Shown one piece after another: positions 24,983 to 35,567 of a stretch of 64,000 nucleotides of DNA. The stretch lies in sequence record MW349128.1; one strand, 5' to 3'. The stretch's first letter is position 1. Each line of letters starts with the position of its first letter. The DNA is from Staphylococcus phage Machias. The notes beneath the pieces were generated by a model. That model was not told where the DNA came from. It searched no databases and was given only the letters and a program-made list of their open reading frames with translations. Made by a program: the position numbers and the translations under genes.

Positions 24983-26255
24983 TTGTAAAAGAATGATCTG
25001 ATACTTTTCTTAAAGTTATAAAGCTACTTAAGACTAATGCTTTACTAGCATTTTTAAACTCTTGATTAATTCCAAGAAGTTCATATATTCCATTATAGTG
25101 TTTATAGTAATCATTGAAGAATTCTATGTCAAATTGTTTAAATGTATCGTCTAATGTTATGTCTACATCATTTAATTGCATTCTTAATATTATATCTTTA
25201 CTATTATTAAATTCTTTCTTTAAACTGTAATCGTTATCAAATATATCATCATATACTTTAACTTTATTAATTTCTCCATTACGATCTTCTATTTTTCTTC
25301 TGTATGTAGATAACTTTGTTCCTTCATTTTCATTATCTATTCCAAACAGATTTATTTCAGATCCAACTAGTTCATTAAATAATCTTGTATTATCTACTAA
25401 ACTAACATTATTAATTTTAGTTATTATATTTTTATTTCTTATAGTATCATCTAATTGATTTATCTGTTCGTAACTACCCTCTATTATTTCTTCATCAGTT
25501 TGATTTGATGGAAACCTAACTTGTATATTAACTTTACCAATTGTATTAGGATCAAATCCTGACATGGGTAATATATTTAAACCTGTATGGTGATTAAATA
25601 ATTTTATTTCTCTGTCATATATTCCATAAACATCATCTATGAATTTAAGATTATCATATATATTTGCAGGTAATAACATTATCTGTTCATATATTTTATT
25701 ATTATCAACTTCATGAAAATATATATCTCTATTATTAAATTGAGATAACAAATCAGTAACTACTTCACTTACAGTACAATTATTGTATATACCAGATACT
25801 ATAGGTTTATTTGTTTTTAATATCTCTTCTGATATTGCAACCATTTCATATCTATCAAATAGATTTTTACGATTATCATCATCTTTAGTAATTCTATCAT
25901 CATAATCAATAATATTATTTAAATCCATTAAGGGTTTTAAAATTATTTCTTCATGAAAAGGAACATCTAATTTAACGTCTTCTGTATCATTAGTTGTCAT
26001 ATTAGAACTAAATGAAAATACAACTTTTTCTCTATCCGTATTTATTTTTATAATAGTCTCTTTAGGAGGTCTTAATATAAATCTATAATAAGGCATAATA
26101 TATTCTTGGAAGTTCATTTCAATTCTAGAACGTTTAACATATTGAGAAATATCTTCAGTTGTTCCATCAGAATATAATGCTATAAGTTTTATATTAAACA
26201 ATTTCTTACTTACTAAACTTTCTATCAACTCTTTTTCACCGACTTTCTTCTTCAT
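24963..26255 (-). CDS. Hypothetical protein (430 aa)
   Basis: ORF only. Confidence 0.5.
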   Translation of the reverse strand: MKKKVGEKELIESLVSKKLFNIKLIALYSDGTTEDISQYVKRSRIEMNFQEYIMPYYRFILRPPKETIIKINTDREKVVFSFSSNMTTNDTEDVKLDVPFHEEIILKPLMDLNNIIDYDDRITKDDDNRKNLFDRYEMVAISEEILKTNKPIVSGIYNNCTVSEVVTDLLSQFNNRDIYFHEVDNNKIYEQIMLLPANIYDNLKFIDDVYGIYDREIKLFNHHTGLNILPMSGFDPNTIGKVNIQVRFPSNQTDEEIIEGSYEQINQLDDTIRNKNIITKINNVSLVDNTRLFNELVGSEINLFGIDNENEGTKLSTYRRKIEDRNGEINKVKVYDDIFDNDYSLKKEFNNSKDIILRMQLNDVDITLDDTFKQFDIEFFNDYYKHYNGIYELLGINQEFKNASKALVLSSFITLRKVSDHSFTKNNPNT

Positions 26256-26313
26256 ATCATTAATAAAATGATGTTATTGCTATACATGGATTTTTATAAA
26301 TTTACAAATGAAT

Positions 26314-26336
26314 AATTAATTATATATTATAATACT
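26314..26336 (+). promoter_or_regulatory. Promoter-like motif ATTAATTATATATTATAATACTG
   Basis: Contains TATATTAT core, 20 nt upstream of ORF 26356. Confidence 0.4.
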
Positions 26337-26355
26337 GAAAGGATGTAGATAATCA

Positions 26356-27498
26356 ATGGATGTAGAAATAATTGAAAGAATAATAAATTCTAAAAAATTA
26401 AATTACAATAAAATGACGGAATTGGTTAGACCTTATATAGAGGGAGGAAGATTTAGAGGAAATACTAATAATAATAATGTAACCATTTATATAGACATTA
26501 ATAACGTTATTAAGCAATTATATTCACCTCAAGTTTCAGAGAATTTTACTCATTTAAAAACTAAAAATAGATTGAATTTAGTTGTTGAATTAGTAAATAT
26601 TATAGGACATTATAGACATTTCTTTGCAAGTAGATTAAATATGCATTCTAGATTCTTTTTATTCTATTCAGATAAAGAATCAATATATCACACTTCAGTT
26701 GATCCTGATTATAAAAAAGAATATTACAAGAAAATGAATGAAGATAATATAACTTATAGAGATATAAATAAGACTATATCAATAACATTAGAATTAGTTA
26801 AAACAATCGTAAAGTATATACCTAATGCATATTATATTGATACTTATAAAATAGAACCTACTATATTACCTTATTATATTATGGAAAAAACAACTATAGA
26901 TAATGAAAATGATTATTCTTTAATTGTAAGTAATGATAAAATATATAGACAATTATTAGATTATAAAGATAGACTACTACTTTTAGAATTAAGAGGATCT
27001 GAGAAGAGTAAAGTTATTTCCAAAGAAAATATAAAAGGAGAAATATTTAGTTCTAGCACAAAGAAAGATATTAATGATTTTATGAATATTGATTCTGGGA
27101 TCATAGATATTTTTAACTTATTTTCAGATCATAAGGATCAAGAATACAAATCTATATCTGGATATGGACCAGTAACTACAATTAAACTATTAGATAGAAT
27201 GATAGAAGATACAAAATTATCTCCTTTAAAAGAATATAATAATGAAACACTGTTAAGAGATACTTTTAAAGATTATTTAAAAGAAGAAAAATTAGAAGAG
27301 TTAATCAAACGCTTTAAGTTATTTGATCAAAAACACATTGTTGATGAAATTGATGGAAGTAAGATACAAAATATTTTATCTTCTCAAATAATAGATTTTA
27401 ATGACCCTTTAGAAATAAAAAGACTTAATGATGAATTATTTATAAATTCATTTATAAATATAGATTATTTATTTGAAGGAGAAATTAATAGAAACTAA
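26356..27498 (+). CDS. Hypothetical protein (380 aa)
   Basis: ORF with RBS AAAGGATG. Confidence 0.5.
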   Translation: MDVEIIERIINSKKLNYNKMTELVRPYIEGGRFRGNTNNNNVTIYIDINNVIKQLYSPQVSENFTHLKTKNRLNLVVELVNIIGHYRHFFASRLNMHSRFFLFYSDKESIYHTSVDPDYKKEYYKKMNEDNITYRDINKTISITLELVKTIVKYIPNAYYIDTYKIEPTILPYYIMEKTTIDNENDYSLIVSNDKIYRQLLDYKDRLLLLELRGSEKSKVISKENIKGEIFSSSTKKDINDFMNIDSGIIDIFNLFSDHKDQEYKSISGYGPVTTIKLLDRMIEDTKLSPLKEYNNETLLRDTFKDYLKEEKLEELIKRFKLFDQKHIVDEIDGSKIQNILSSQIIDFNDPLEIKRLNDELFINSFINIDYLFEGEINRN

Positions 27499-27515
27499 AA
27501 AAAAAAACAAAAATA

Positions 27516-27565
27516 TCCCATACACTCAATTATAGAGTGTATGGGATTTAAAATTATTTTTTTTT
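27516..27565. terminator. Bidirectional terminator UCCCAUACACUC-AAUUAUA-GAGUGUAUGGGA flanked by A10/T13
   Basis: 12-bp stem between convergent genes. Confidence 0.65.
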
Positions 27566-27567
27566 TT

Positions 27568-29313
27568 TTAATAATTTGATATAAATTGTGATACTTCAGA
27601 AATGAAATATTTTTTATCAATATCAGCAATTACTTCTTCTTCAGAATTTAAATCTTCAGGAGTATAACTAAACTTGTAACCATTAACTAATGCAATTCTT
27701 AATATGAAATTATCTTTTTCAGTAATATCATTAATAAATTTATATTTATCCCAAGCAGATACATAGTATTTGTCCGCAATAACATCTAATGATAATTTAC
27801 CCACATTCTTAGCTTTAGTTCCAGAAACTACTTTTGAAGCAACTATCTTACCTAAAGTATCCATATTATTTTCAATTAATTCTTTAGACATGATTGCTAA
27901 TAAAGATACAATACTCTTTCTATCATTTGTATTAACATCAAAATGCTCAGCAAAATAAACTTTAATTAAATGAGATTGTAAATCATTTATATAATCAAAT
28001 TTGTCATATAAATGCTTAATATATTCTTCACTGATATTTAATTCTTTTAATTTTTCAGTGATATAACGATCAATAGTTATTTTATTAGCAATATCTAATC
28101 TTTCATTTTGCTTAAAGAAATTATTCATTTGGAATTTATCAAAACCATCTTCATCATCGTCATCATCTGTAGTTAATTTAATTGATCTGAACTTAATAGG
28201 ATATTTGAATTGGAATTCATAATCTATTGAGAATTTGATAACAGAAGTGAAATAAGATACTGCAGAAGTATCAACTAATAATTTACATACAATTTGTCTA
28301 ATGATTTTATCCATTATTTTATTGATTACAGTGTCTGGATCTATAGAACGTAAATCTAAAAACTTCCACATAACTCTATCATTATATTTTGTTTTAATTA
28401 CTTTAGGTTCTACTATCTTATAAAGTTTATTATTATTAGCTACATTATAATCTAAAGATGTAATACACATACAGTAATTAAATGCTTTAAAATATCCATT
28501 CTTAGTTCTCTCTTTATCTTCATCTGTATTTTTACAATGATATTTATTAGTAAGAACATAGTACTGATTAATAAAAGGTATAATAAATCTTTGCAATAAT
28601 GCAGTTGCTAAAAATGATTTGTTAACTTGGTCCGTAACTTGTAAATCTTTTTTAATGATTTTTTTGCTTTGTAACATTGCTTCTGCATTTGTCTTATCTA
28701 AATCAATGGTATAATTATCATTAACGATAGTACAAACAACATTTCTTAAATCTTCATCTTCAATTAAATCTTGAATATCTTGAAAGAATTCTTCTTCACT
28801 ATATTCATCTTTTTTACTAAATATTTTTTGACAAATATTAGCACATTTTAATATGATATGTGGTATTTCATTAAATATAAAATTCATGTCATTAACAATA
28901 TACTCTAATATACTCTTATAAGAACGTTGTTTGATTTGGATTGTAAATATGTCATTAATATAATCAGTATTCAAATTAGGTTTGTTTAATATCTTATGTA
29001 CATTAATGAATAATGTGTCATTAGTATTATCAGCAAATTTTATTAATTCTTCAATATCATCTCGCTGAATGATTTTAGTTTCAATCTTCTTATTACCATT
29101 TTTCTGAGTAACTTCTTTCTCATAAGTTTCTAAGTCTATTGAATTGATATACTTATTTGTAAACTCAAAATTACCTTTAACCGGTTTTAATTTAAAAACA
29201 TTACTAGATAATAAAGGTGTTTCTTTCTTTTCTTCTACCTTTTCTTCTATTTCATTCAAATTTAAATCTTCTTCGCTTAAATCTTTTCTCTCTATGACTT
29301 TATTGTTTTCCAA
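27568..29313 (-). CDS. Hypothetical protein (581 aa) with poly-Asp stretch
   Basis: ORF only. Confidence 0.5.
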   Translation of the reverse strand: MENNKVIERKDLSEEDLNLNEIEEKVEEKKETPLLSSNVFKLKPVKGNFEFTNKYINSIDLETYEKEVTQKNGNKKIETKIIQRDDIEELIKFADNTNDTLFINVHKILNKPNLNTDYINDIFTIQIKQRSYKSILEYIVNDMNFIFNEIPHIILKCANICQKIFSKKDEYSEEEFFQDIQDLIEDEDLRNVVCTIVNDNYTIDLDKTNAEAMLQSKKIIKKDLQVTDQVNKSFLATALLQRFIIPFINQYYVLTNKYHCKNTDEDKERTKNGYFKAFNYCMCITSLDYNVANNNKLYKIVEPKVIKTKYNDRVMWKFLDLRSIDPDTVINKIMDKIIRQIVCKLLVDTSAVSYFTSVIKFSIDYEFQFKYPIKFRSIKLTTDDDDDEDGFDKFQMNNFFKQNERLDIANKITIDRYITEKLKELNISEEYIKHLYDKFDYINDLQSHLIKVYFAEHFDVNTNDRKSIVSLLAIMSKELIENNMDTLGKIVASKVVSGTKAKNVGKLSLDVIADKYYVSAWDKYKFINDITEKDNFILRIALVNGYKFSYTPEDLNSEEEVIADIDKKYFISEVSQFISNY

Positions 29314-29380
29314 TTAAGACACACTCTCCTTAGATAATTAATAAAATGATAAGTATATTTAAAATTATTATATTAAATAC

Positions 29381-29402
29381 ATTTTTATAATATATATTTA
29401 AC
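29381..29402 (-). promoter_or_regulatory. Phage promoter motif on minus strand (reverse complement reads AAAGTTAAATATATATTATAAAAA)
   Basis: Located ~70 nt upstream of minus-strand ORF 27568-29313. Confidence 0.45.
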
Positions 29403-29403
29403 T

Positions 29404-30171
29404 TTATTTTCTCTTTTTGGTAGTCTTTACCTTTTTAACTTTTCCAATAGGTTTGGATTTACGATTGATTGGTTTTGTTTTCCTCTGCTGTTCTTGTCGT
29501 CTTTTATCTAATTGATTACTTATTTGCTTAGTTACAATATTTCTATTCTTTTCTTTTTGAGTATTTTGTTTTTTAATTCTATTGTATTCTTTTAACTTTA
29601 AATCTGAAGGCATAAAAGTTTTCTTAATTCTTTGTCTATTCGGTAATGTTAAATGTAAAGGATTTTTTAATGCTTTAGGATTTGTTTCTAAATACAATAG
29701 TGCAAAATAAACTGATTTTTCAAAACCGTATTCATGTCTAGGGTTTCTAACAACTGGAGCTTGAGTTAAAGCTTTTTTACCTAATTTATAACTCAACCAG
29801 CTAATAAGTAAATCATCTTTATTATATAAGTAACCGTATGTAAACATAAAGTTTGGAGAGTTACTTATAAATCTTATTAAATAATTATTAAGATCTTTAG
29901 TTTTAGCTGCTTTTTCATTAGGTGGTCTAAATTCTATGATTACGTCATAATGTAATCCATCTTTAAAGTAATCTTCTGAAGGTATTTGAAAATAGAAATA
30001 ATAGTTTTCTTGATGAAGAAATATCTTTAATTTAAAACTTCTTTTATTTTTCTTATATAAATAAGAAAATCTTGTTCTCATATCTAAAATAATACGATCA
30101 CGTCTAGCTACAGTGGCTGATCCCTTTCCTGTAGGGTTTTTAAGGAATTGAGAAGCTGTCATATTAACCAA
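29404..30171 (-). CDS. Hypothetical protein with strongly basic C-terminal tail. Start trimmed to TTG 30171 (ATG 30162 alternative); ORF track extends to 30234
   Basis: AGGAGG RBS lies 8 nt upstream of TTG 30171. C-terminus KRRQEQQRKTKPINRKSKPIGKVKKVKTTKKRK suggests nucleic-acid binding. Confidence 0.45.
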   Translation of the reverse strand: MVNMTASQFLKNPTGKGSATVARRDRIILDMRTRFSYLYKKNKRSFKLKIFLHQENYYFYFQIPSEDYFKDGLHYDVIIEFRPPNEKAAKTKDLNNYLIRFISNSPNFMFTYGYLYNKDDLLISWLSYKLGKKALTQAPVVRNPRHEYGFEKSVYFALLYLETNPKALKNPLHLTLPNRQRIKKTFMPSDLKLKEYNRIKKQNTQKEKNRNIVTKQISNQLDKRRQEQQRKTKPINRKSKPIGKVKKVKTTKKRK

Positions 30172-30347
30172 TAAAAATTCCTCCTTATTTTCTACTACAT
30201 TTTTAATTATAACAAAACTTTTATAAAAAAGCAAGTAAAAGTTTAATAAAAATCAAAATTTTAAAAATGTATATAATTTTAATTGATTTGCAAAAATAAA
30301 CCGAAACCATTAATTAAATTCATAATGGTTTCGGTAGAGTTTAAATT

Positions 30348-32105
30348 TTAATCTTGTGGAATAATTAAAGAATTAGTTAAGAATTGGTTACTTAATGAAA
30401 TTAATCCAATAATACTAATTGTAGTTTCTAGTATTTTAATATCTGTTTCTACAGAGTTTATAATATCAGTTTCTGTATCATCTTCATATTCAGCAGTTTT
30501 AATATTATAAATTGCATCTTTACTAATACAAGTCTGAGTCATAGATTCTATTTCAGGTTTTTTAAATCTATTGAAGTTTTCTAATACTTTATGATATACT
30601 TCACGAGAAGAAATATCAATTAAGTCTAAGACTAATCTATCTAAATCAGATAATTTTTCTGTATCAATATTTTTGATAACTTTATTTACTGATAAATTTC
30701 CTCCAGATACATAACCAAATTTCAATGCTGATTTAGAAGCATGTACTGAATCCTCTACTAAATATTTACGAGAGATTTTTTCTGCTTGAGAAGATCCACC
30801 AACATATAACTTAGCAATTGCACTATTTAAAGAATTAGCTCTACGTTGTAATGTAGTAATTTCTCCAATAGCTTGTTCTGAATTCATATCTGCAAAATAA
30901 CTAATTTCATTATTTATTTCTGCAATACGATCTTTCAATCTTCTAGCACCAGTTTCAGTTTTATTACCATGACCTTCAATGATTTGAGTTTTAAAAGAAT
31001 CAATTAGAAATCTTTCAGTACGACCTACGTATTGTTGTTGGAATTCCATCCAATTTAATGGATTACTTCTAGAATCTTCTAATTTATCAACAATATTCTT
31101 TTTAAAATCTTCTGGATCAATTGTCATATCAATAACATTTGAACCTACATATATTGCAAGATCTTCTAATTCTTCAGGGTCTTTACTATAAGATGCTACA
31201 GATAATTCAAATTCAGCTTCAGCTGCCTTTAAACCTCCATTATTACGGTTAGCATTTAATAATACTTTTACCCAACTAATAAATTCTTTAGAAAAGCTAG
31301 GTGCAACAAATACTAAACCTTTACTAGAGAAAGGTTGTAAAGAAGTAACAATCTCACTACACCATTTAATGTCTTCTTCTTTTAGTTTATCATTAACTAC
31401 TACTACATGAGGTTTATTAAAATCAACTGAATGATTTTCTTTATCATTAATTAATTTATTATCTAATAACGCATTATTTTTCTCAATACCTTTAGTTAAT
31501 GAGTAGTAATCTTCTTCATTGTCTGAAATTTCAGGTGTAATAAAACCATTTTTACCTATTTGAGAAAAGATTTCGTAAACCATCTCACCTAATTTTTCAT
31601 CATTGTTGTTTGATACTGTAGCAATATTTTTTAATTTATAGAAATTGTCTTCATTAATTTCTATAGATTTATCTTTTAAACCTTCTGTAATTAAATCTTT
31701 CATGTTATTTAATGAATCGGAAATTTCTTTACGAGAGAAACCACCTAAATCATCTTTTTCTTTTAATCTAGCATTAATTTCTTTAAACATAGCTTGAGAA
31801 TTAATTACTGAAGAAGTAGATCCATCGCCTACAGTTTTAACTAGTGATAATGAAACTTCTTTAATGAAGTTTAATATCGCTGCAGCAATAGTATCTTGAA
31901 ATCTAATATTTTTTAAAATATTATATCCGTCTTTAGTCACAAATCTACTAATACCATCATCAAATATTGTAGTAGAACCATAATAACCTAAAGATTTCAT
32001 TAATGTACTAGAAATAGTGTCAATTGTTAATTCAGCTATTTCTTTGTATGAATCTTCATCTACTATATTTGATACTAACTTTTTATTTTTCTTATGTTCA
32101 CTCAT
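30348..32105 (-). CDS. GroEL-like (Cpn60/HSP60 family) phage chaperonin
   Basis: ISSTLMKSLGYYGSTTIF...VTKDGYNIL...VKTVGDGSTSSVINSQAM aligns with GroEL VTLGPKGRNVVL...ITKDGVSVA...AGDGTTTATVLAQAI. Jumbo phages (EL, OBP, AR9) are known to encode such chaperonins. Confidence 0.65.
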   Translation of the reverse strand: MSEHKKNKKLVSNIVDEDSYKEIAELTIDTISSTLMKSLGYYGSTTIFDDGISRFVTKDGYNILKNIRFQDTIAAAILNFIKEVSLSLVKTVGDGSTSSVINSQAMFKEINARLKEKDDLGGFSRKEISDSLNNMKDLITEGLKDKSIEINEDNFYKLKNIATVSNNNDEKLGEMVYEIFSQIGKNGFITPEISDNEEDYYSLTKGIEKNNALLDNKLINDKENHSVDFNKPHVVVVNDKLKEEDIKWCSEIVTSLQPFSSKGLVFVAPSFSKEFISWVKVLLNANRNNGGLKAAEAEFELSVASYSKDPEELEDLAIYVGSNVIDMTIDPEDFKKNIVDKLEDSRSNPLNWMEFQQQYVGRTERFLIDSFKTQIIEGHGNKTETGARRLKDRIAEINNEISYFADMNSEQAIGEITTLQRRANSLNSAIAKLYVGGSSQAEKISRKYLVEDSVHASKSALKFGYVSGGNLSVNKVIKNIDTEKLSDLDRLVLDLIDISSREVYHKVLENFNRFKKPEIESMTQTCISKDAIYNIKTAEYEDDTETDIINSVETDIKILETTISIIGLISLSNQFLTNSLIIPQD

Positions 32106-32122
32106 TTAAGCAATTCTCTCCT

Positions 32123-32416
32123 TTATACCACTGAAATTCTTATAGAATCCTTGTTGTCTTCGATTTTTAAATTTTTTTTATAAAGAGCTTTTTCTTTTAA
32201 TTTTTCTTTTTCTTCAGTTTCTAATATAATGTAATTAAATTCATTATTATCTTTAGAAAATCCTTCTTTAATTTTATAATCTATGTCATATAAAAGGTCT
32301 ACAAAAAGTAAACCTTTATTTGAATGACATAAAGATGATAAAAGATTTTCATCATTATCAACTAGTGAATCATAAATATGAAGGATTTTCTGACTCTCTT
32401 TTGTACTAAGAACCAT
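32123..32416 (-). CDS. Small hypothetical protein (97 aa)
   Basis: ORF only. Confidence 0.35.
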   Translation of the reverse strand: MVLSTKESQKILHIYDSLVDNDENLLSSLCHSNKGLLFVDLLYDIDYKIKEGFSKDNNEFNYIILETEEKEKLKEKALYKKNLKIEDNKDSIRISVV

Positions 32417-32439
32417 TAGGAAAATCCATCCTTTCTTTA

Positions 32440-32637
32440 TTAACTATTAAGATGTCTAGGTAGATCCAACTTAGGCATACCATTATCAAAATCTTTTCTA
32501 GTAGCAGATTCAACTTTTTTCTGCTGTAATCGTTTATTTTTCATTTCTTTTTCTTTAGCTTTTGTCATTGAATTAAGTATATTCAAATCCATAGTAAGTA
32601 TTTCATTAAAACTTAAACGCCCTTCAAAGAGGTCCAA
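32440..32637 (-). CDS. Small hypothetical protein (65 aa)
   Basis: ORF only. Confidence 0.3.
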   Translation of the reverse strand: MDLFEGRLSFNEILTMDLNILNSMTKAKEKEMKNKRLQQKKVESATRKDFDNGMPKLDLPRHLNS

Positions 32638-32705
32638 TAGATAAGCAAGATAAGCGGCATCTTCATATACTTTTTTCTTATATTGCTTACTATCGACAGT
32701 ATTGA

Positions 32706-34157
32706 TTAAACCAAATGAAGAGCTTCCTTGAAAAGTACTTCTGTCATATCGATATCAATTTTTCCAAGATCATTTCCACAATTAGGACATTTAGCTCCAT
32801 TAATTGCATATTCTATAGCATTTTTACCTACAGAATCATAGATCTTATCAGTTAATTGATGCCCATCACGTACAGATAAGTTCTCAATAATTGTCATAAT
32901 TTCTTGAAGTGATTCTTCAGGAATTTTTTGGAATTTAGGTTTTCCATCTTCTTTAAGAGATTTTAAATCTGGTACGTATACATTTTTAACATGCATTAAA
33001 GCAGTTGAGTTATTTTTAAATCTATCCGCTTCTTCTGGACTTAATCCATCTGTATGAATACTTGCTAATACAGTTAAATGTTTATCAATAGTAGGTGTGA
33101 TAATATCAAAGATAATTTTAGAGTCATTTAACATAATTCTTTCAGTTTTAGAAATTAATGAATGCTTTTCATTTTCTTCTTTAGTTGTAATATTATGAAC
33201 ATTTTTAGTTACATGTTCATAAGCTTTTTCATCTTTAAATGACATTAATTGATCGTTAGAGATTTTAACGTCTTTAAGTTCTTCTTTACAACTACCACAT
33301 TTAATATCAAATTTAGTCTCACCAGGGAATGAAATATTGTATAATCCGTATTCTAAAGTACTAACATCATATACAGAAGTTAACTTAGCAAAATCTGAGA
33401 AGTTTTTAATTCCTAATGAATTTGTATTAACTTTATGGAAGTATAACTGATATCTTTTTAAAACTGAATTATAATCATCATCAATAGATTCTGCAATAGA
33501 AAGAATTTCTTGGTTACGTAAACTTTCCATATGAGCAATATAAGCTGATTGTGATAATACTACTTGATGTGTAGCTTTACTATTTAATACAAAATTAGTA
33601 TTTTCTTTATTAACATCATAGTCAATATCTGAAATAATTTCAATATTATTTAAATCTACATTAATATTACTTAAAATATTATTTCTTTCATTAGAATCAA
33701 TTTTAGAAAGTTCTTCAATTTCTTTTTGAACTTTTTGTTGATGTCTATTAAGATCTTGTTGATGACTTTCAAATTGATCTAAAGTCATAGATTCAGTATC
33801 TTCTGCTGGAGAAGATAAGGTAGGTTCTTCGTTTTTTTGAGTTAAATGATCATAGTCTTTATAATTTTGAGCCGGTTCTGGTTGAGACAAATCAATATGA
33901 TCAGTTTTAGCTTCTTCATTTTGTTTTTGGTCATTCTTATTTCTTTGAGTCGGAATAGCCGATTTATTTTGGTTATTATTTTTCTTACGTTTATTTTTAT
34001 TACCATTTCTATTATTATTTTTATTTCGGTTATTTTGTGATTTATTTTGATTATTATTTGTTTCTTCTTGCTTTTTATCAACGTCTACGCCTAATTCTTT
34101 TAATTCATCTTCTGACATGAAGTTATCAAGTTCATTATTGTCTGCTTTTCTTACCAT
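32706..34157 (-). CDS. Hypothetical protein with Asn/Lys/Gln low-complexity N-terminal region and two CxxC pairs (CGSC...CPNC) suggesting a zinc ribbon
   Basis: Read from the translation. Confidence 0.5.
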   Translation of the reverse strand: MVRKADNNELDNFMSEDELKELGVDVDKKQEETNNNQNKSQNNRNKNNNRNGNKNKRKKNNNQNKSAIPTQRNKNDQKQNEEAKTDHIDLSQPEPAQNYKDYDHLTQKNEEPTLSSPAEDTESMTLDQFESHQQDLNRHQQKVQKEIEELSKIDSNERNNILSNINVDLNNIEIISDIDYDVNKENTNFVLNSKATHQVVLSQSAYIAHMESLRNQEILSIAESIDDDYNSVLKRYQLYFHKVNTNSLGIKNFSDFAKLTSVYDVSTLEYGLYNISFPGETKFDIKCGSCKEELKDVKISNDQLMSFKDEKAYEHVTKNVHNITTKEENEKHSLISKTERIMLNDSKIIFDIITPTIDKHLTVLASIHTDGLSPEEADRFKNNSTALMHVKNVYVPDLKSLKEDGKPKFQKIPEESLQEIMTIIENLSVRDGHQLTDKIYDSVGKNAIEYAINGAKCPNCGNDLGKIDIDMTEVLFKEALHLV

Positions 34158-34194
34158 TTATAATATTCTCCATTCTTTTCTTTTAATTTTATAT

Positions 34195-34647
34195 TTAAGC
34201 AAGTACTAATTTAGTTACCATTTTCTTAGTTAAATTATTTGAAGCAAATACGAATGAAAATATCTGTTGGTTATTTATATCTAATATATCAGATAAATTA
34301 ACATCTATTTTTAAACTATTTATATTCGCATTACTATTTTCTAATTTACTTATTTTTACTTCAACATTTACTGACTGAGAGACTATATATCTTGTTATTT
34401 GATTATTTATATTGGCACTTATATCCATAATTGTATCATTATCTAAAATTTCAAATAAATAATCTTCAATACCAACTCCTAAACCAGGAGTATTTGGATA
34501 TGTACCAGGTTTCATAATGATTAAATTCTGTATCGTCTGTCCCATGGCTTCCATGTCATCTAACATCATTTGACGGTTATATACATTTTGAGCCATAAAT
34601 ATTTCTTTTCTAAAATGTTTTGTATCTTTAGCGATATAATTCACCAA
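34195..34647 (-). CDS. Hypothetical protein (150 aa)
   Basis: ORF only. Confidence 0.45.
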   Translation of the reverse strand: MVNYIAKDTKHFRKEIFMAQNVYNRQMMLDDMEAMGQTIQNLIIMKPGTYPNTPGLGVGIEDYLFEILDNDTIMDISANINNQITRYIVSQSVNVEVKISKLENSNANINSLKIDVNLSDILDINNQQIFSFVFASNNLTKKMVTKLVLA

Positions 34648-34741
34648 CTTTCAATATTTATACTATATAATATTATATTATATAAAATAATATATCCTTA
34701 ATTTTTTATGTATAAATGATAGAAACAACATCTTATAAATA

Positions 34742-35503
34742 ATGAGAGAAAGAACGGTGAATTTAATAATGGCAACAAAATATCATAAATGTCCTTTCTG
34801 TGATAAAAAATATATTAACAAAAGTGGTTTATATAACCATATGGGAAAAACACATCCTTTAGAATTGGGTGATTTATCTCCAGCAAATGTATATTTTAAT
34901 TTCAGAAATAAGAAAACTCATGGTACATGCATTATATGTGGTAAACCAACTAAATTTAATGAACAAACTGAAAAGTATGAACGTGTACATGATAAAGTAT
35001 GTAAAGATAAATATAGACAGCAGTTTAAAGATAGAATGAATAAAAAGTACGGTAAAACAACTTTACTAAATGATCCAGACATGCAAAATAAAATGTTAGA
35101 AAATAGAAGAATTTCAGGTAAATATCATTGGAGTTCTGGTAAAGGATTACCTACACAATATGTAGGATCGTATGAAAAAGATTTCTTAGAATTCTTAGAT
35201 AAACAGATGGATCTTAAGTCAAATAATGTATTATCACCATCAAATATAGCATTACCTTATAAATTTGCTAATAAAGAACATTTTTACATGCCCGATTTTT
35301 ACATGCCTGATTTTAATTTATTAATAGAAATTAAAGGTAGAAATAATCATTATCAAAAACGTGATGAAATTAAAGAAAAGAAAAAAGATGAAGTTGCTAA
35401 AAATTCAGGATACAATTATATAAAAGTAGTAGACAAAAATTATAATGAATTTATTAATCTCATAGGAAAATTACGTGAAAATGATGGTATTAAAGCAAAA
35501 TAA
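34742..35503 (+). CDS. C2H2 zinc-finger protein with C-terminal PD-(D/E)xK-like nuclease motif (possible homing/restriction-like endonuclease)
   Basis: N-terminal CPFCDKKY...HMGKTH plus second CIICG pair. C-terminal ...MPDFYMPDF(N)LLIEIKG fits a PD-x(n)-ExK core. Confidence 0.4.
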   Translation: MRERTVNLIMATKYHKCPFCDKKYINKSGLYNHMGKTHPLELGDLSPANVYFNFRNKKTHGTCIICGKPTKFNEQTEKYERVHDKVCKDKYRQQFKDRMNKKYGKTTLLNDPDMQNKMLENRRISGKYHWSSGKGLPTQYVGSYEKDFLEFLDKQMDLKSNNVLSPSNIALPYKFANKEHFYMPDFYMPDFNLLIEIKGRNNHYQKRDEIKEKKKDEVAKNSGYNYIKVVDKNYNEFINLIGKLRENDGIKAK

Positions 35504-35567
35504 GGTATTATTTTTTTATATTTTCTGAAGAATAAAATATTATAATAATTGAATTCTGAGGAGAGAT

